Assembly: GCA_000934665.2 (NCBI GenBank)
Contig: KZ538562.1
Coordinates: forward strand, 1 to 61,739
DNA length: 61,739 bases
Origin: Catajapyx aquilonaris
Taxonomy: Eukaryota
Direction of reading: 5' to 3'
A model generated the notes under the pieces. The model was given only the letters and a program-made list of their open reading frames with translations. It had not been told where the DNA came from and made no database searches. Below are positions 34,101-46,098 of this stretch, one piece after another. Position numbers and translations under genes: made by a program. The first letter of the stretch is position 1, and every line of letters begins with the position of its first letter.

Positions 34101-36443
34101 ATGGGGACTTACAAATATTTGTCTACAACCCCATTCATGACCAAATACTTCTAAAATTATAGGCATCAGCCTTAATCACCGGATAAATGACTGCACAATA
34201 GTGAGCTGCAATAAAATGCAGGTCAAAAATACAGTAACAAAAACGCAACTTGGATCTTGTACACAAAATGAAATGCTGATCTAATTCAATCAATTGCTCA
34301 AGTCACACAATTCTGTGCTGCAAGTTCAAAAACCATTGGTGGGGTGGTGTAATTTTTTAAAAACTCAGAGAGCCCAATATAAAAGCCATTGGGCCAAATG
34401 AGACTTCTTAAGTTTCACATTTTGCCACCCTACTTCTCTGACAAATCTGCAGTCATCAAAACCAAGTGACACATAAAAAACACCCCCATCTGATATACAC
34501 TTCTCTTGAGAATGCAAGTGAGATTGATAAAATTAATAACAACAGTGCACAGAAAAGCAGACCATCACACATTACTGTCAGGCACTCAAATCAGGGCACA
34601 TGATCAAGCAACTCAAGGGAGAAGAGTGCTGTTCAATGCAAACTGGGTGAAATCTTGATCCAAATAAAATAAATAATCTTCTAAAAAACTGATGTCATTG
34701 GACCTGACCACACCTAGCTGCATTTATGCCTCAACCTAACTATGAGGACCCTTGATAATAATCTAAATATGAATAACAGATATTGCATGGGATACTCCCT
34801 CCATACTTGCCGTCCGTAACTGATCAAACATCTTCCCCCAAAATCTGCAGCCAATGAGTAAAACCAAACTGTATAGGTGTGTTACTTTCAAAAATGAAGT
34901 GTCATGGTGAGCATGAATTGCTTGCTAATCTTGGTGTAGCAAACAGCACTGGTTGTACACTGCTATCGAAAAAAACGTATTTCTTATTAACTCATGACAC
35001 ATAAATATGCACCTAGGCCTCTCTTTTACCATATAGCGTTTGGTTAACACCACCGTTTTCCACCCGTAAGGCCCCAATTTTGATCCCTGCGTGGCTTGTA
35101 TGTTGTTTTCATGCCCAAAGCCTTTTAGAATTCTTTCTGTGGTGACAGAGCTTTTCTTTGAGTTCTGTTCCTCCTCACTCTGTCACACCATGCCTCATGA
35201 CCTTAGTTACCTTGGTTCCCAAAATACACCAAATCAAGCCTTCTCTTTGGATATGTGACAATCTGCTTTTCTAACTGTCCCTGTTGCTGCCATGGATTTG
35301 TCTTACATCCATTCAGCTGGATGTTTCCATTCAACTGGACATTTCCATTCAATTGTCCATAACATTACAAAAAGAGCTTCACATAACTGTGGCAACATGT
35401 TAGAAAACTAATTTGAGCTGCAAACTCACGACAAATAAATACATCATTTGTCACCATCATGCAATTAGTTATTTTAAAACTGACCCATTGTTTTTGATGG
35501 CATGGTACCTTCATGTTTGTTTCATTCACAAGGATAACCTTAACCCAGGAATTTCCAGGCCTGCTAGCCAGACAGCCAGAGCAGGGGAAAAGTATGGGAG
35601 AGAAAGGGCTGCAACTGGGCAGGTGTCACTGGGATTTGAAATCTTCCTGCCCAGCTGGCCAGATTGAGTTTGTGGTCACTCTTGCTTAATGGTAACTTTT
35701 GACCAAAGGTTATCTGGTGAACAAGCCATTATGTCCAGAATGTGATGGGGAATAGTGTGAATTTGATATTTATCATAGCATCACAAAATATTATGCAAAT
35801 AGTTGGCCTTACACATATAGAGTTTAACAATGTTTAAAATAATACCTGACATGAGACTTAAAAGTTATGCTGCTTTACTCCACACCTCTTCAGATTCCTG
35901 TGCACAAGCAATATGTTTTCTTCTTTGTGAATGCACCAACTTGAAAAACAGAATCATCATGCAGATGGAGCTAGTAAGCTACTATTATTACAACTGTAAC
36001 CTACACCCCTACTACTGACACCCCAGTAACATGGCAGTGTCCACCCAGGGGGGAGAAAAAAAAATTTGATTTGTACGCTAGTGAGGAGTCAGCAAGCTCC
36101 TCAACACAACCGCTGAGTACACTGCCAAAACATATGAAGAACCTTGCTTAGAAAACTTATCCCTCCCAAATGGGTCCCCCTACCAAAAGGAATTTCTTTT
36201 TAATGCACTTCAAAAATAGAACTGCCTCAGGAGGAAATCTGTCAAGCGGCAGCAGTCAATCACACATTCTTGAGGACTTTATGTACAAGTTTAATTCCTC
36301 AACCCTCCCCAAGGAAGCTTTCATTCACACAGTCACTCTCATCCATACATACGCTGCCATTGTGCATTCATGACCATCTCCTCTCCCAAATACTGCCTGA
36401 GTATCATCACTAATGTTCAGCACCACATATGCATATTGACTCC

Positions 36444-36611
36444 TCATTCCTTGGGTTCCTTGCAATTTTTCTGTCGGGTGCCAGCTCCTGGCTCAGAATC
36501 CACCAGTGAGCTAGTACTGCCACGGGGAACCAGCACAATACTTCCATCAGCTGATTGCTGGAGGCTATACTCAAAGGGAGAGTATGGGTGACCATCTGCG
36601 TCTCGGAGTCC
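36444..36611 (-). CDS. cnc: Cap'n'collar (CncC/Nrf2 family) last coding exon ([30 protein letters not shown]...KE*)
   Basis: Neh3-type C-terminus typical of CNC-bZIP proteins. Acceptor tttcttttcttag|, TGA at 36446-36444. Not in the ORF track. Confidence 0.92.
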   Translation of the reverse strand, partial: GLRDADGHPYSPFEYSLQQSADGSIVLVPRGSTSSLVDSEPGAGTRQKNCKEPKE

Positions 36612-37037
36612 CTAAGAAAAGAAATTTCATGGTTTAAAACGCTAATCGATACAAATATATATCTCACTATACAAGCTGCGCAGAGAAAATTGATGAGTTC
36701 GCCATTATGGATTGGATCCCTTTTTAAAAGTTGTAGGTTGCTTGACCATAAGGGTTACACACAAAAATCCAGGTCATGCTTATGATCAGTAGACTATAAA
36801 TATTAAAAGTGCCTGAACCTGCATTCATTATAACTTTGTTCCCAAGGTAGTGATTATCATAATAGGGACCTAAACCAGAGCCTTCTTTTGTCATTTGTTT
36901 AGAAGACGTGAACATTCTACACAAGGTGGGAAGGGGGGGGGGGGGCACATATGGGGCTGCCCATGACCTGAGGGTACAGATATGCAGTAAAAAACAATTA
37001 TGGGAATAATAAATATGCAGTATTAAATAGATATATT

Positions 37038-37385
37038 GGGGGGAGGTGTGGTGGCCGAGATGGTAACGTCTCAGCTTGCTGAGTGAAAGGTCCCAGGATC
37101 GATCCCCGCCTGGGAGTTCCCTTTCACCTGCATCGGGAGGGTCTGTGACCTCCACCTTGGAGATGTCTGGCAACCTAACCTCCTGGGGCACATGACCCAT
37201 TTGCCGGTTGGTATTACACTTGCACCTACGTTCCCTCCCCAAAAATCCCTATCCTTACCCATTGTCCTTGACTTCCCTGCACCGGAGTTTGAAGAAACAG
37301 AAAATTTTCAGAAAATTCTATGGTGGTAATCCACCCCTCGAAAAGGGCTCAGCCCCCTCTAATGGGGTTTAAGAAAGAAAGAAAA
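37038..37385 (+). mobile_element. SINE family S3
   Basis: Homologous to 16700-17047. Confidence 0.9.
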
Positions 37386-37453
37386 GTTTTTGTTACAGGA
37401 ACTCTCTCTCTCATCCATATGTGATAACACACTAAACATTGCACAGGTAAAAT

Positions 37454-37754
37454 CAGCCCCCGGCAATTCCCACCCATTATGTGTGAACTGAGAGAGTCTC
37501 CCCGGATCCCCGGATTTGGCACTGCTGTTGCTGCACTGTTCCCAGGATCACTTGGGTAGATGGCGGAGGACTGTGAGAATGTGCTCCGGACTAAGTTGCA
37601 GTGGAAAGAACAGTTTCGGTTGGTTCAGAAGGCATCCGCCTGAACCGATTTGGGGACAGTGGAACACCTGCAGTGCCAAATCCGGGGGGTGGAGGTGACT
37701 CTCTAAGTTCGCTACCGCCCTCATAAGGCTAGGATAGGAGTTGTGGGGGGGCTT
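37454..37754. mobile_element. hAT-like foldback MITE family H1
   Basis: TIR cagccccc..caa(t/c)tcc, 8-bp TSD ggtaaaat. Confidence 0.85.
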
Positions 37755-38058
37755 GGTAAAATTATTAAGAATGGTATCAAAAATTTAATGTTGATTATAA
37801 TTTGACAAAGGGCAACACAAATTACCCATATTTCCAGGCACACGAGAGGTGCTTGCTGCCGGAACCACAGTGTCTGGCAGAAAGGAAGTTCGGGGATTGT
37901 CAAGACCCCAAAAGAGGTCACCAAAGACACAGGTAAACTGGCAGATTGATCCCATCATCAGATATCACAAACTAGACCCCTGTCACCTTGAGTGCCAAAA
38001 ACAGTCAAAACCTTCTTTTTCGTGGTTGTAATATGACAATATTTTGTATTGAATAAAA

Positions 38059-38230
38059 CCGCGTTTACATGTGAGCAATTTGATCAGCGATTGGTATTTG
38101 TTACTGTGATTTGATCCAATTGTTTGGGGTGAAAATAGTTTGTTACCATGATTTTTACTTTCGCCCCAAACAATTGGATTCATCATTCAGCGATGAAATC
38201 GCTGATCAAATCGCTCACATGTAAACACGG
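38059..38230. mobile_element. Harbinger-like MITE
   Basis: About 35-bp TIR ccg(c/t)gtttacatgtgagc(a/g)atttgatcagcgatt. Confidence 0.8.
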
Positions 38231-38365
38231 CACAACTGCAACAGCCACATCTTTTCTGATAAATCCAGCTCTCAAAATTTCAGAGTGTTTTTAAAACCTG
38301 TCTCTCTGAAGTTTAAATAACCTTATCCACATGGAAAGAATAATAACAGATGGTAGCAGGTATAC

Positions 38366-38754
38366 CTGGAAGACATGACGATAGAGCTGGCCGAAGCGGT
38401 CCTTCAAACGCTGCAATTCTATGCCTAGTCCTTCTTGCTCTCTTACAAGTCTGTGCTTCTTGTCCCGCAGGTGCTGAACTTCATCTGCCAACTGCAATAT
38501 TTGGTCCAGTTTTCTCTTACGGCAATTCTGTGCTGCCACTTTGTTCTTTCCTCTTCGACGTATGTCCCGAATAAGTGAGAGCTGAGCCTCACTGAGATCA
38601 TACTTGGAGAGACGTTCATTAAACTCATCCATTGGCAGGTTGATGATGTCATCTGTTGTAATGGGGATGTTAAGTGAACGTGCCCGCTTATCATCCCGAC
38701 TCAGTTGCTCATCTCGCTCTGACTTGCGCCCTGCATCAAATGAGTCATACAAGA
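38366..38754 (-). CDS. cnc: Cnc CNC-bZIP exon
   Basis: SRDDKRARSLNIP, IINLPMDEFNERL, IRDIRRRGKNKVAAQNCRKRKLD, leucine zipper. Canonical splice sites. Confidence 0.97.
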
Positions 38755-38909
38755 CTGAAGAAAAGGGCCATGAACCCCAGTGATTGCAAAATTTTCCAAA
38801 GATGTGTTCCCCAAGCTATAGCAGTGCCATGTCGATACATCTCCATTTGCAATCCACACCATTCAAATGAGAGTGCTTGATAACAATAAGTGTCAAGTGC
38901 TTCATCATA

Positions 38910-39800
38910 TAAGGTGAATCAAATGAAACCCATTCTTGGCATCTCGAGAGGATACTACTGAACACAGGGACTTGAAATTTCCACCACAGCAAGATAGTAC
39001 CAAAACCTTCAAAATGCATAGGTAAGACTAAGAGTCTGCGCGTGCCAACCATGCACGCTGCCACAGCCAATCCAAGACGGTGTACGGACTGTCAAGCGTG
39101 TCCAAGCAGGATCAGTGCATTGTTATCCCATATCTGATGGCCAAGGGCAATAGATCTGCGGAAATCCATCGGAGGATGCATACGGTGTACGGTGCATCCA
39201 AGTAAGCCAGATGTAGTGTACCCACCATCCCCCCTTATCAGCTGGTCCACACGTGTAATGATGGCAGGTGTGCTTGCAGGCGGAGCCTGGCCTGGTCCGG
39301 GAAGGTCAGCAGTGGATTGTCTGTCATCTAGGAATCCTAAACCATTCAATGACAGAAGTCTTTGCCACACAGCTGGCAGTGTACACCATAAGCATCCTCA
39401 GATGGATTTTCGCAGGTCTATTGCCCTTGGCCATCAGATAATGGGATAACAATGAGCTGAACCCGCTTGGGCACGCTCAACATGGTGCAAGCCATCTTGG
39501 ATTGGCTGCGGCGGCATTTTTAGTATGGGCATGCAGCCTCTTTACCTATCCATTTAGAAGGTATTGGTATCATCAGTTCAAAAAGAATTGTCCCAGTCAT
39601 CCTGATGTGTGTGCTGCCCGCTCGACACACACCATGTAACTTACATGGTGTGTGTCGAGCGGCCAGCCCACACGTCAGGATGACTGGGACAGTTCTTTTT
39701 GCACTGTTGATACTATCTCGCTGTATTAGAAATTTCAAGTCCCTGCGTTCAGTAGTAGCCTCTCTAAATGCCAGAACGGGTTTAATTTGATTCACCCAAA
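38910..39800. mobile_element. Mariner-derived foldback with inverted transposase 5' ends and a nested palindromic MITE (39570-39710)
   Basis: About 280-bp inverted arms. The left arm encodes SKQDQCIVIPYLMAKGNRSAEIHRRMHTVYG. The nested element has a TA TSD. Confidence 0.88.
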
Positions 39801-40117
39801 TATCACGGTCAAGAGCTACATTCCAATTGCTAACTTAGACAAAAATTAAAATGAAAACATTATTTAAAATGTCAGTACCTGCTTTTTTTCTAAATACTGT
39901 ATACGGAACAATTCAATTAATTTTTTACAGCACTTTTTCCCATATTGCATGATTTACAAATGATAAATTAATGCACTAAATGTTTTAAAAATACAAGCCA
40001 ATCCAAATGCTTTGGTATGTAAATAGGTAACATCATCTCCCTATTGCTTTGCCCTCCATATTGTAGCTCTGGTCAATGCAAGATGTATCACAGACACAAA
40101 CTGGGAAATAGACATAC

Positions 40118-40318
40118 CTTTAACCTTCACTTCCCTAGCTGGTTGCCTCTGCACCACAGGTGGGGTAGTCTCAGCAGGCAGTGGGTAGGAGTGATTGTGG
40201 TGGATGAGCTCCAGGTGTGCACGTGGATCTGGGAAAAGCCATGGGCTACTCAGCTCACTTCCTCCTTTCCCTGCTGAGCTCCCGGCTTCTCTATTCCAAC
40301 TTTTGCTGTCCTCTGTAG
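40118..40318 (-). CDS. cnc: Cnc exon containing HHNHSY (alternative in-frame acceptor at 40228)
   Basis: Open frame, phase 1/1, conserved HNHxY motif, donor AAG|gtatgt. The 5' boundary is uncertain. Confidence 0.8.
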
Positions 40319-40420
40319 CTGCAACTGCTACATGTCATTCAAATTTGTCAAGCCTCATACTTTTACACTGAAGCTGTACACTGTGTTAGCAACAGGAGGA
40401 TGGGAAAAACTGACAGGGAG

Positions 40421-40492
40421 TGCCCTGCCAGGAATTGAACCCTGGACCATGTGCTCCAAAGAGAAAAATGCTCTGCCACTGAGCTACAGGGG
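40421..40492 (-). other. tRNA-like sequence (SINE head or tRNA pseudogene) in a cnc intron
   Basis: D arm gctcagtggcagagc, T arm ccagggttcaattcctgg, near-intact acceptor stem. Anticodon arm defective. Confidence 0.7.
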
Positions 40493-40549
40493 TTCTACAA
40501 TTTGTCAGGGAAAAGGAAAGATGCTTAGGAAAACTAAGTAACAGCCTAC

Positions 40550-40717
40550 CATTATGTTGCCGAGCAAACTCCATGCTGCAGCTGTACTTCATCTCCAAGG
40601 AAGCAGCAGAATCCACTGTTGGAGGCTGGAATGGTGGGGTTGCAGTGGCAGCAGTGGAGGCAGTATGATTGTAATCATACTTCATAATGGGTGGTACTCC
40701 ACTTGAATTGCTGGTAG
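40550..40717 (-). CDS. cnc: Cnc exon (..PIMKYDY..EMKYSCSMEFARQHN)
   Basis: MKYSCSxEF motif known from arthropod Cnc. ttttacag| acceptor, phase 1/1. Confidence 0.85.
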
Positions 40718-40958
40718 CTGTAAAATCCCAGTTTTATTTCATGGTGCAATTGAACCACAGGACAAACCACTGAGTTATTCCACATTATCATGGACAGCAT
40801 TGAAGCAGGGTTGAAAAATGAGAGTAGAAGAAATATGGAATGAAATGACTTGGCTTTTTCTCAGTATGGAAATGGGTTACAAGGCCATGTGGCTGTGCAT
40901 GGGTATGAAACAGGGTTGTGCTCATTCAATTTACTTTGCGTTCATAGTAATAATAATA

Positions 40959-41548
40959 CAGTAAAACTTCTATAAGTCGAACTTCCCTAAGTCGAAGTTC
41001 TCTATAAGTCGAAGAAAATAATGAGCTTGGTTGGTCACAATGTAAAATAATAGGAAATAAACTCCCAAACTCGAATTTCTATAACTCGAAGTGCTGGCAG
41101 GGCCTTACGATGAGATATCAATGCATTTTCAGTCTCCCTAAGTCGAAGTTCATTTTGGCGAGTGCGGGAAATTTTCTCATTTCCCAGCCGAAGGGTCGAG
41201 AGGAGGCCACATGTACAGAAAGGCTCAATTTCCTAATCTCCGTCTACCAGACGTACCGAAAGAAGCGTTTGACTTGATTGTGACAATTGAATCCTTGAAT
41301 CTAAGAGTAGGCAAGATCTAAGAGAGTCCATAACGGAGATTTTTTTACAACAAAACAACGAGGAACATTGTAAGTTTGATAGTGACAGTTATTTTTAAGT
41401 TTTGAACACCTTTCGTCGCTGGATACAAAGGTTGGCTTCTTTATAGAGTTCTGTGCTTTAAAAAATCCAAACTTCCCTAACTCGAATCTTCTATAACTCG
41501 AAGTTTTTTCCCGGTCCCATGGAGATTCGACTTATAGAAGTTTTACTG
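40959..41548. mobile_element. pogo/Tigger-like MITE
   Basis: TIR cagtaaaacttctataagtcgaa, TA TSD, internal taa(g/c)tcgaa repeats. Confidence 0.92.
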
Positions 41549-41599
41549 TACTATCTTTCATGCAACGAGCTCTTAGGCAGCCATCAATTTTTTTTCAAA

Positions 41600-42560
41600 T
41601 TATGCTTAACACAAAATAGAACCTCTTAGGACATTAATGTACTAATTAAACTCTACAATTCTAAAATTGTGCCTGTACTTTTGTAAGGTCTTGGTATTTG
41701 GGGTCCACTTTACCGGCAGGAGTTGGAAATAGTCCAGAATTACCTAATAATTTTTTTTTAATGTTACCCGCCCACACGGCAGGCTACTTTATTCGAATGG
41801 ACACTGGCATACCGATGTTACAAAATGCACTCTACAAGATAATTAAATTTACTATCAAACTGATCACAGCGCAAGATAACAGTCTATTGAAACAAGCCTG
41901 GTTCTATTCGATCAACTCTGCCCCACACTGCAGATTGCGGCCATTAAATTGGTTTAAACAAGTTTCAGCTGCCCTCTCAATCATCCAAACAAACCCCAAA
42001 GATCTGAAAATTGAAGAATTGTCGAATTATATCCACTCACTTACCATCATTTTCAGAACATAGATCAAACGAAGTTGGCAAATTCAGAGACGTATAGTAA
42101 ATATGGAAAAAATAAAAACAATTTTACCCAGGAACTGTATTTCTCGTTGAACATGCCTCTTCACTTAACGAGATCGCTAGCTAATTTGAGAAACTAAACT
42201 CATAGACTTCGCAACAAATCTGGCTCTCTGACTTTTAACTCTGAAATCGTATGCCCTAATTGTAACACCAATGACATGCAAACTTTAGAACATATTTTTA
42301 CTGTTGCCCTTTATATGACACCCCCAGACGTTACATATTTGACAGCTTAAACACAGTACCCAGCGATAAGATGTACTTCCGGTTTTTTGACCCTTCGCCG
42401 GTCTTTGTATCGCTTGTACATAACTTTGTAGATAATGTTATAAGACGCAATGCTCTAATGGATTGATTTGTGTATGTAGCCCGGAGCATCCCCCCCCCCC
42501 ACCTCCCCTCCCCCCCAAGCTTGAAAGGGCACTCGGGGTAAATAAATAATCAAATAAATA
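41600..42560 (+). mobile_element. Degenerate LINE 3' fragment (CR1/L2/Jockey-group-like) with (AAAT)n tail
   Basis: Remnants KLYNSKIVP..GIWG and CPNCN....TLEHIF (CCHC knuckle), tandem tail aataaataat. Confidence 0.75.
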
Positions 42561-42571
42561 GAACCTCTCAC

Positions 42572-42690
42572 CAGCACTCTGATCTTGAAAATAGCGCTTT
42601 CCAAACATCTGGTGCTTCTTCTGAGCTACAGGTGCAATCCGAGGTGGTGGCCTCTGTGCGTAGCCATATTCATATGGGCGAAACTTGTGA
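42572..42690 (-). CDS. cnc: Cnc exon (HKFRPYEYGYAQRPPPRIAPVAQKKHQMFGKRYFQDQ)
   Basis: Conserved PVAQKKHQMFGKRY motif. Phase 2/1 fits neighbours. Confidence 0.9.
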
Positions 42691-43367
42691 CTGTAACATA
42701 AAATAATATTCATAGATTAGTGCCTTTCATTCGAGAATATGCTTCATGCCATTTTTTTCTATACCCTGGGAGAGACTTTCGTCACTTTTCTCTCCAGAGG
42801 GACCTTGACAGACTGGAAGCTTTCTCAGGGTAAGACCAAAGATTCCTGCTATATATAACTCTAGATACGTCATAACTGCAAAGAAAAAGCGATGCCAGTT
42901 TGTGATAGGGGATTGTGCCAGTCGGCCAAAGCAAAGATGGCGGCTTTGGGCGACTTGGATCGATCTGCCGTGGTGGCCTGTACGTAGTTGGGCATCTTCA
43001 AGGGATGCCCCGCGCCCCCGAAAACGTCCCACTGCGGTCCGGCCCATCAGCACAGGGGCCGCCCCTATGGCCGCTTCTGCTGCCACGCCCAAAGTAACGA
43101 TGACGCCATCTTTACTTTGGGCGTGATTGGCATCACTTTGCTTGTATGGAGAGGGATAGCGAGTTATGTATCTAGAGTAATATATAGCAGATATCTTTGG
43201 GTAAGACAGTATACAGGGTGGTTCAACTTTTTTGTCCGAACAGTTATCGGAAAATTGCACGTGGCTGCTACTTTGTAAGCAGTGACTTGCAACCGGCAAT
43301 TTGTCGGAGAAATGGAAAATGGGGAAAAAGAGGGGCATGGGTCACACATGCCATGGGATGGGTCGCC

Positions 43368-43530
43368 ACCCTGGCAGCCAAATCCCTCTCCGCCAAATGC
43401 CCTCTCCCCCAATACCCTGGCAGCCAATTTCCTGCACCGCCAAATGCCCTGACAGCCAAATGCCCTCTCCGCCAATTCCCTGACAGCCAATTTCCCGCCA
43501 ATTTCCCTCACCGCCAAAACAGGTCTGCCA
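43368..43530. repeat. Degenerate ~15-bp tandem repeats (gccaaatgccct/gacagccaatt), probably a DNA-element subterminal array
   Basis: About 10 variant units visible. Confidence 0.7.
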
Positions 43531-44312
43531 ACTGTTTCAATCCGAGTGTGAGCATAATTATTCAGAAAGCTGTGACTGCTTAATATGGAAATAGCCATTA
43601 TGCTACTTTGGCCCCCACCTCCTAATGGGGCCGCCATTTTTAATCCAACGCAGTTGATGGCTTAGCTTTAGCAGCTAATTATTTTGGATAAGAGCATGCT
43701 GTACTAACCTAACCTAACCAAAAAAGTTGAAACACGTGGTAGCTGATTATTTCCTGATATATCCTGATCAGCCTCTTAAATCAGCTACCATCCATTACCT
43801 TATCTGACAGCTATCCCTTATGTAAATCCAAATACAAGAACCTTAGTGGCCAAAGGAGTGGAATTATTTTGCTATGAATTTGAGACACTACCTTGAAAAC
43901 TACAATACACTAGAATGGCATGACGTCTTTGGGAGGCTATATTATTGCCCTAAGTTGAAGTGTTTGGGTTTCCATACAGAGTGGTATTAAGATAAGGCAG
44001 TGAGTGAGAGCTAAGCTTAGTGGCTAATTGGGATACATGAGAGAAGTTATTTTTGTAACTGCAAAGTTTGGCAAGTTGGTAAGCATAGGAAAGACAAAAG
44101 ATGGGAAACAGGGTCAGGATTAGCTTCAGTGTGGATATTTCACTCTTATTTGCTGGTATCCTAATCTGGCACCCTAACTTACATATGATTATTAAGTCTC
44201 ATTGAATCTAGTCTCCATGTAGTGAAACAAGCAAAAGGAAGTTGTTATAATAATGAAATGCTCTAATAAGCGCATTCTGGCGCATTGCAAATCTAGGATG
44301 GAAAGATGAATA

Positions 44313-44561
44313 CAGTGGAGCATTGATTATCCGAACAGAGTCTGCCCAGGGGGTGTTCGGATAGCGGATCATTTACGGGAAAAAATTGTACCGGTGTCAT
44401 AGGAGCAATATGAAACCACACAACTGTATATTTTCTGTCACAGGTACGTCTTAAAAATACTGTACATATACCTTACTGTCCTTACATGAAGTAGTCCTAC
44501 AGTTTAGGGGGAAAAAAGGCCAATTTCTTTTGCCTGATGCCTGATGCCTGATGCTCCACTG
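44313..44561. mobile_element. pogo-like MITE
   Basis: TIR cagtggagcat, TA TSD. Confidence 0.75.
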
Positions 44562-45408
44562 TATTCCCGGCCAATTCAAAAAAGTTACGTTCCCCAATAG
44601 AAAATGTCAAATCACTTGAAACTTGTAATAATAAAAATTCGGGCATGAAAATGCTCACTGATTTTCAGATGTGAAACTGGCCATTGCAATTCTGACTGAC
44701 TGATAATTGTAATTTATTAATGAATTTAAAATAGTAAGGGATGCTTGCACATAGAATGAAGGGAAATTTTTCACCTGGAAGAGTGAGATACTGTTATTAA
44801 CTGTTGCCCTTAATCCACTCTGTTCATGTGCACATCATTCTGGTTACAGTATTAGTGGCAATGACAAGAAAGGAAGGGAGAATTTTAAAAAAAAATTCAC
44901 CTTGAAGCAACATCATGTGGTAGTTACAAATGGCCATATGCACAGTAATAAAAGACAATTGGGAAGCTGAACACAGCAAAGAAAGGCACAAGTACATATC
45001 AAGGGATGATCAATGTTGTCTTGTAGCAAGAAAAAGAATGAGTTTAGAGGGACTTGTTACAAATATTAGTCCCTTTGATTGATGTTGCAAGTACTGACAG
45101 GGACATAATTACACTGGCCCACTAGTGTGGCAGCTAGTATATTCATTGGTAAGTATACTGGCAAATAAAAAAAAAATTTTTTTTGTTCTTTCAGGATCTG
45201 CATTACGTAATCAGTTTCTTTTATATTTTTTTTCTTACAGGATAAAGCCACACATCAGTTATTCTATAACTGACACAAGGGGGAGAGAATATGCGCATCA
45301 AATGTCATACAAAACATCCATCAAGTCCATGTAATCATCTCTCTTTTTGCTACTTGGCCAAGGGAAACTGAAGGTGGTGAATGGAGTTCAAGGTTACACT
45401 GAACTTAC

Positions 45409-45598
45409 TCCATGTGATAATTATTTGCGTGAGGATGGTCCTGATTTCTTCCAGCATCACCAGCCTGCTCTATCCACTCTCCATCTGACACTGAGGGCAC
45501 TGTTGCCTCTGATCCAAGTGAACTAACTGCACTATCACTTGACGCATCCAATCTTTCTTCAGTTGTTGGATTATCTAACATTCGCATAGTATACATCC
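45409..45598 (-). CDS. cnc: Cnc exon with DSAVSS Neh6-like phosphodegron
   Basis: GMYTMRMLD..RLDASSDSAVSSLGSE..SDGEW. Canonical splice sites. Confidence 0.9.
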
Positions 45599-45719
45599 CT
45601 GTAAATGCCAATGTAGTGTTATTTACTATTGACTGCCTCCAACCACTTGCTCCACTAAGTTATATTTCAGAGTGTTACATACTAGAGGCAGTGTGAACAG
45701 CTGCGAAAGGTGCACTCAC

Positions 45720-45816
45720 CTTCTGTCATGGCCATGTCCATTAGTTGGAGGTCTTCATCGTTTAAAATTGCAGACAAGAATCCTTCGGTTGTCTGGTCTC
45801 CTGTTGCATTTTGCTG
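45720..45816 (-). CDS. cnc: Cnc exon (QQNATGDQTTEGFLSAILNDEDLQLMDMAMTE)
   Basis: Conserved EGFLSxILNDEDLQLMDMA. tagcag (NAGNAG) acceptor, G|gtgagt donor. Confidence 0.9.
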
Positions 45817-45913
45817 CTAAAATATCAGGCCATAATTATGCTGGATCAACCCAAGCACCCATTCCCCCCACTCCCACCCCCCACCAACAACAAAAAAAAC
45901 TACTGGATCTTAC

Positions 45914-46038
45914 TTGATAGTACATCATGTCATGGCCACTCTCGACTTTGTATGGCCCATGAGGATCCCCCATTGGTTCAGTACTGTTGGCCATATTCAC
46001 AGTAGCAGCTACTGATGGCCCTAGATTGTGTGGAACAC
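45914..46038 (-). CDS. cnc: Cnc exon (GVPHNLGPSVAATVNMANSTEPMG..HDMMYYQ)
   Basis: tttgcag| acceptor, CAA|gtaaga donor, phases fit. Confidence 0.85.
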
Positions 46039-46098
46039 CTGCAAATGAAACCATTATTAGAGTTACTACATTATTTTGTGTTTGCTGACTCAACTTAC

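Noticed and set aside
36724..37242. 172-aa ORF in the last cnc intron
   Set aside because: Begins in the antisense strand of SINE S3. No coding signature.
40959..41160. Regularly recurring taagtcgaa motif suggesting a CRISPR-like array
   Set aside because: Short subterminal repeats of a pogo-like MITE. No constant repeat/spacer structure, no cas genes, eukaryotic context.
42727..43637. Long ORFs (203 aa, 157 aa) on the cnc strand
   Set aside because: No recognisable motifs, overlap with GC-rich repeat sequence, and the flanking cnc exons already join in phase without them.
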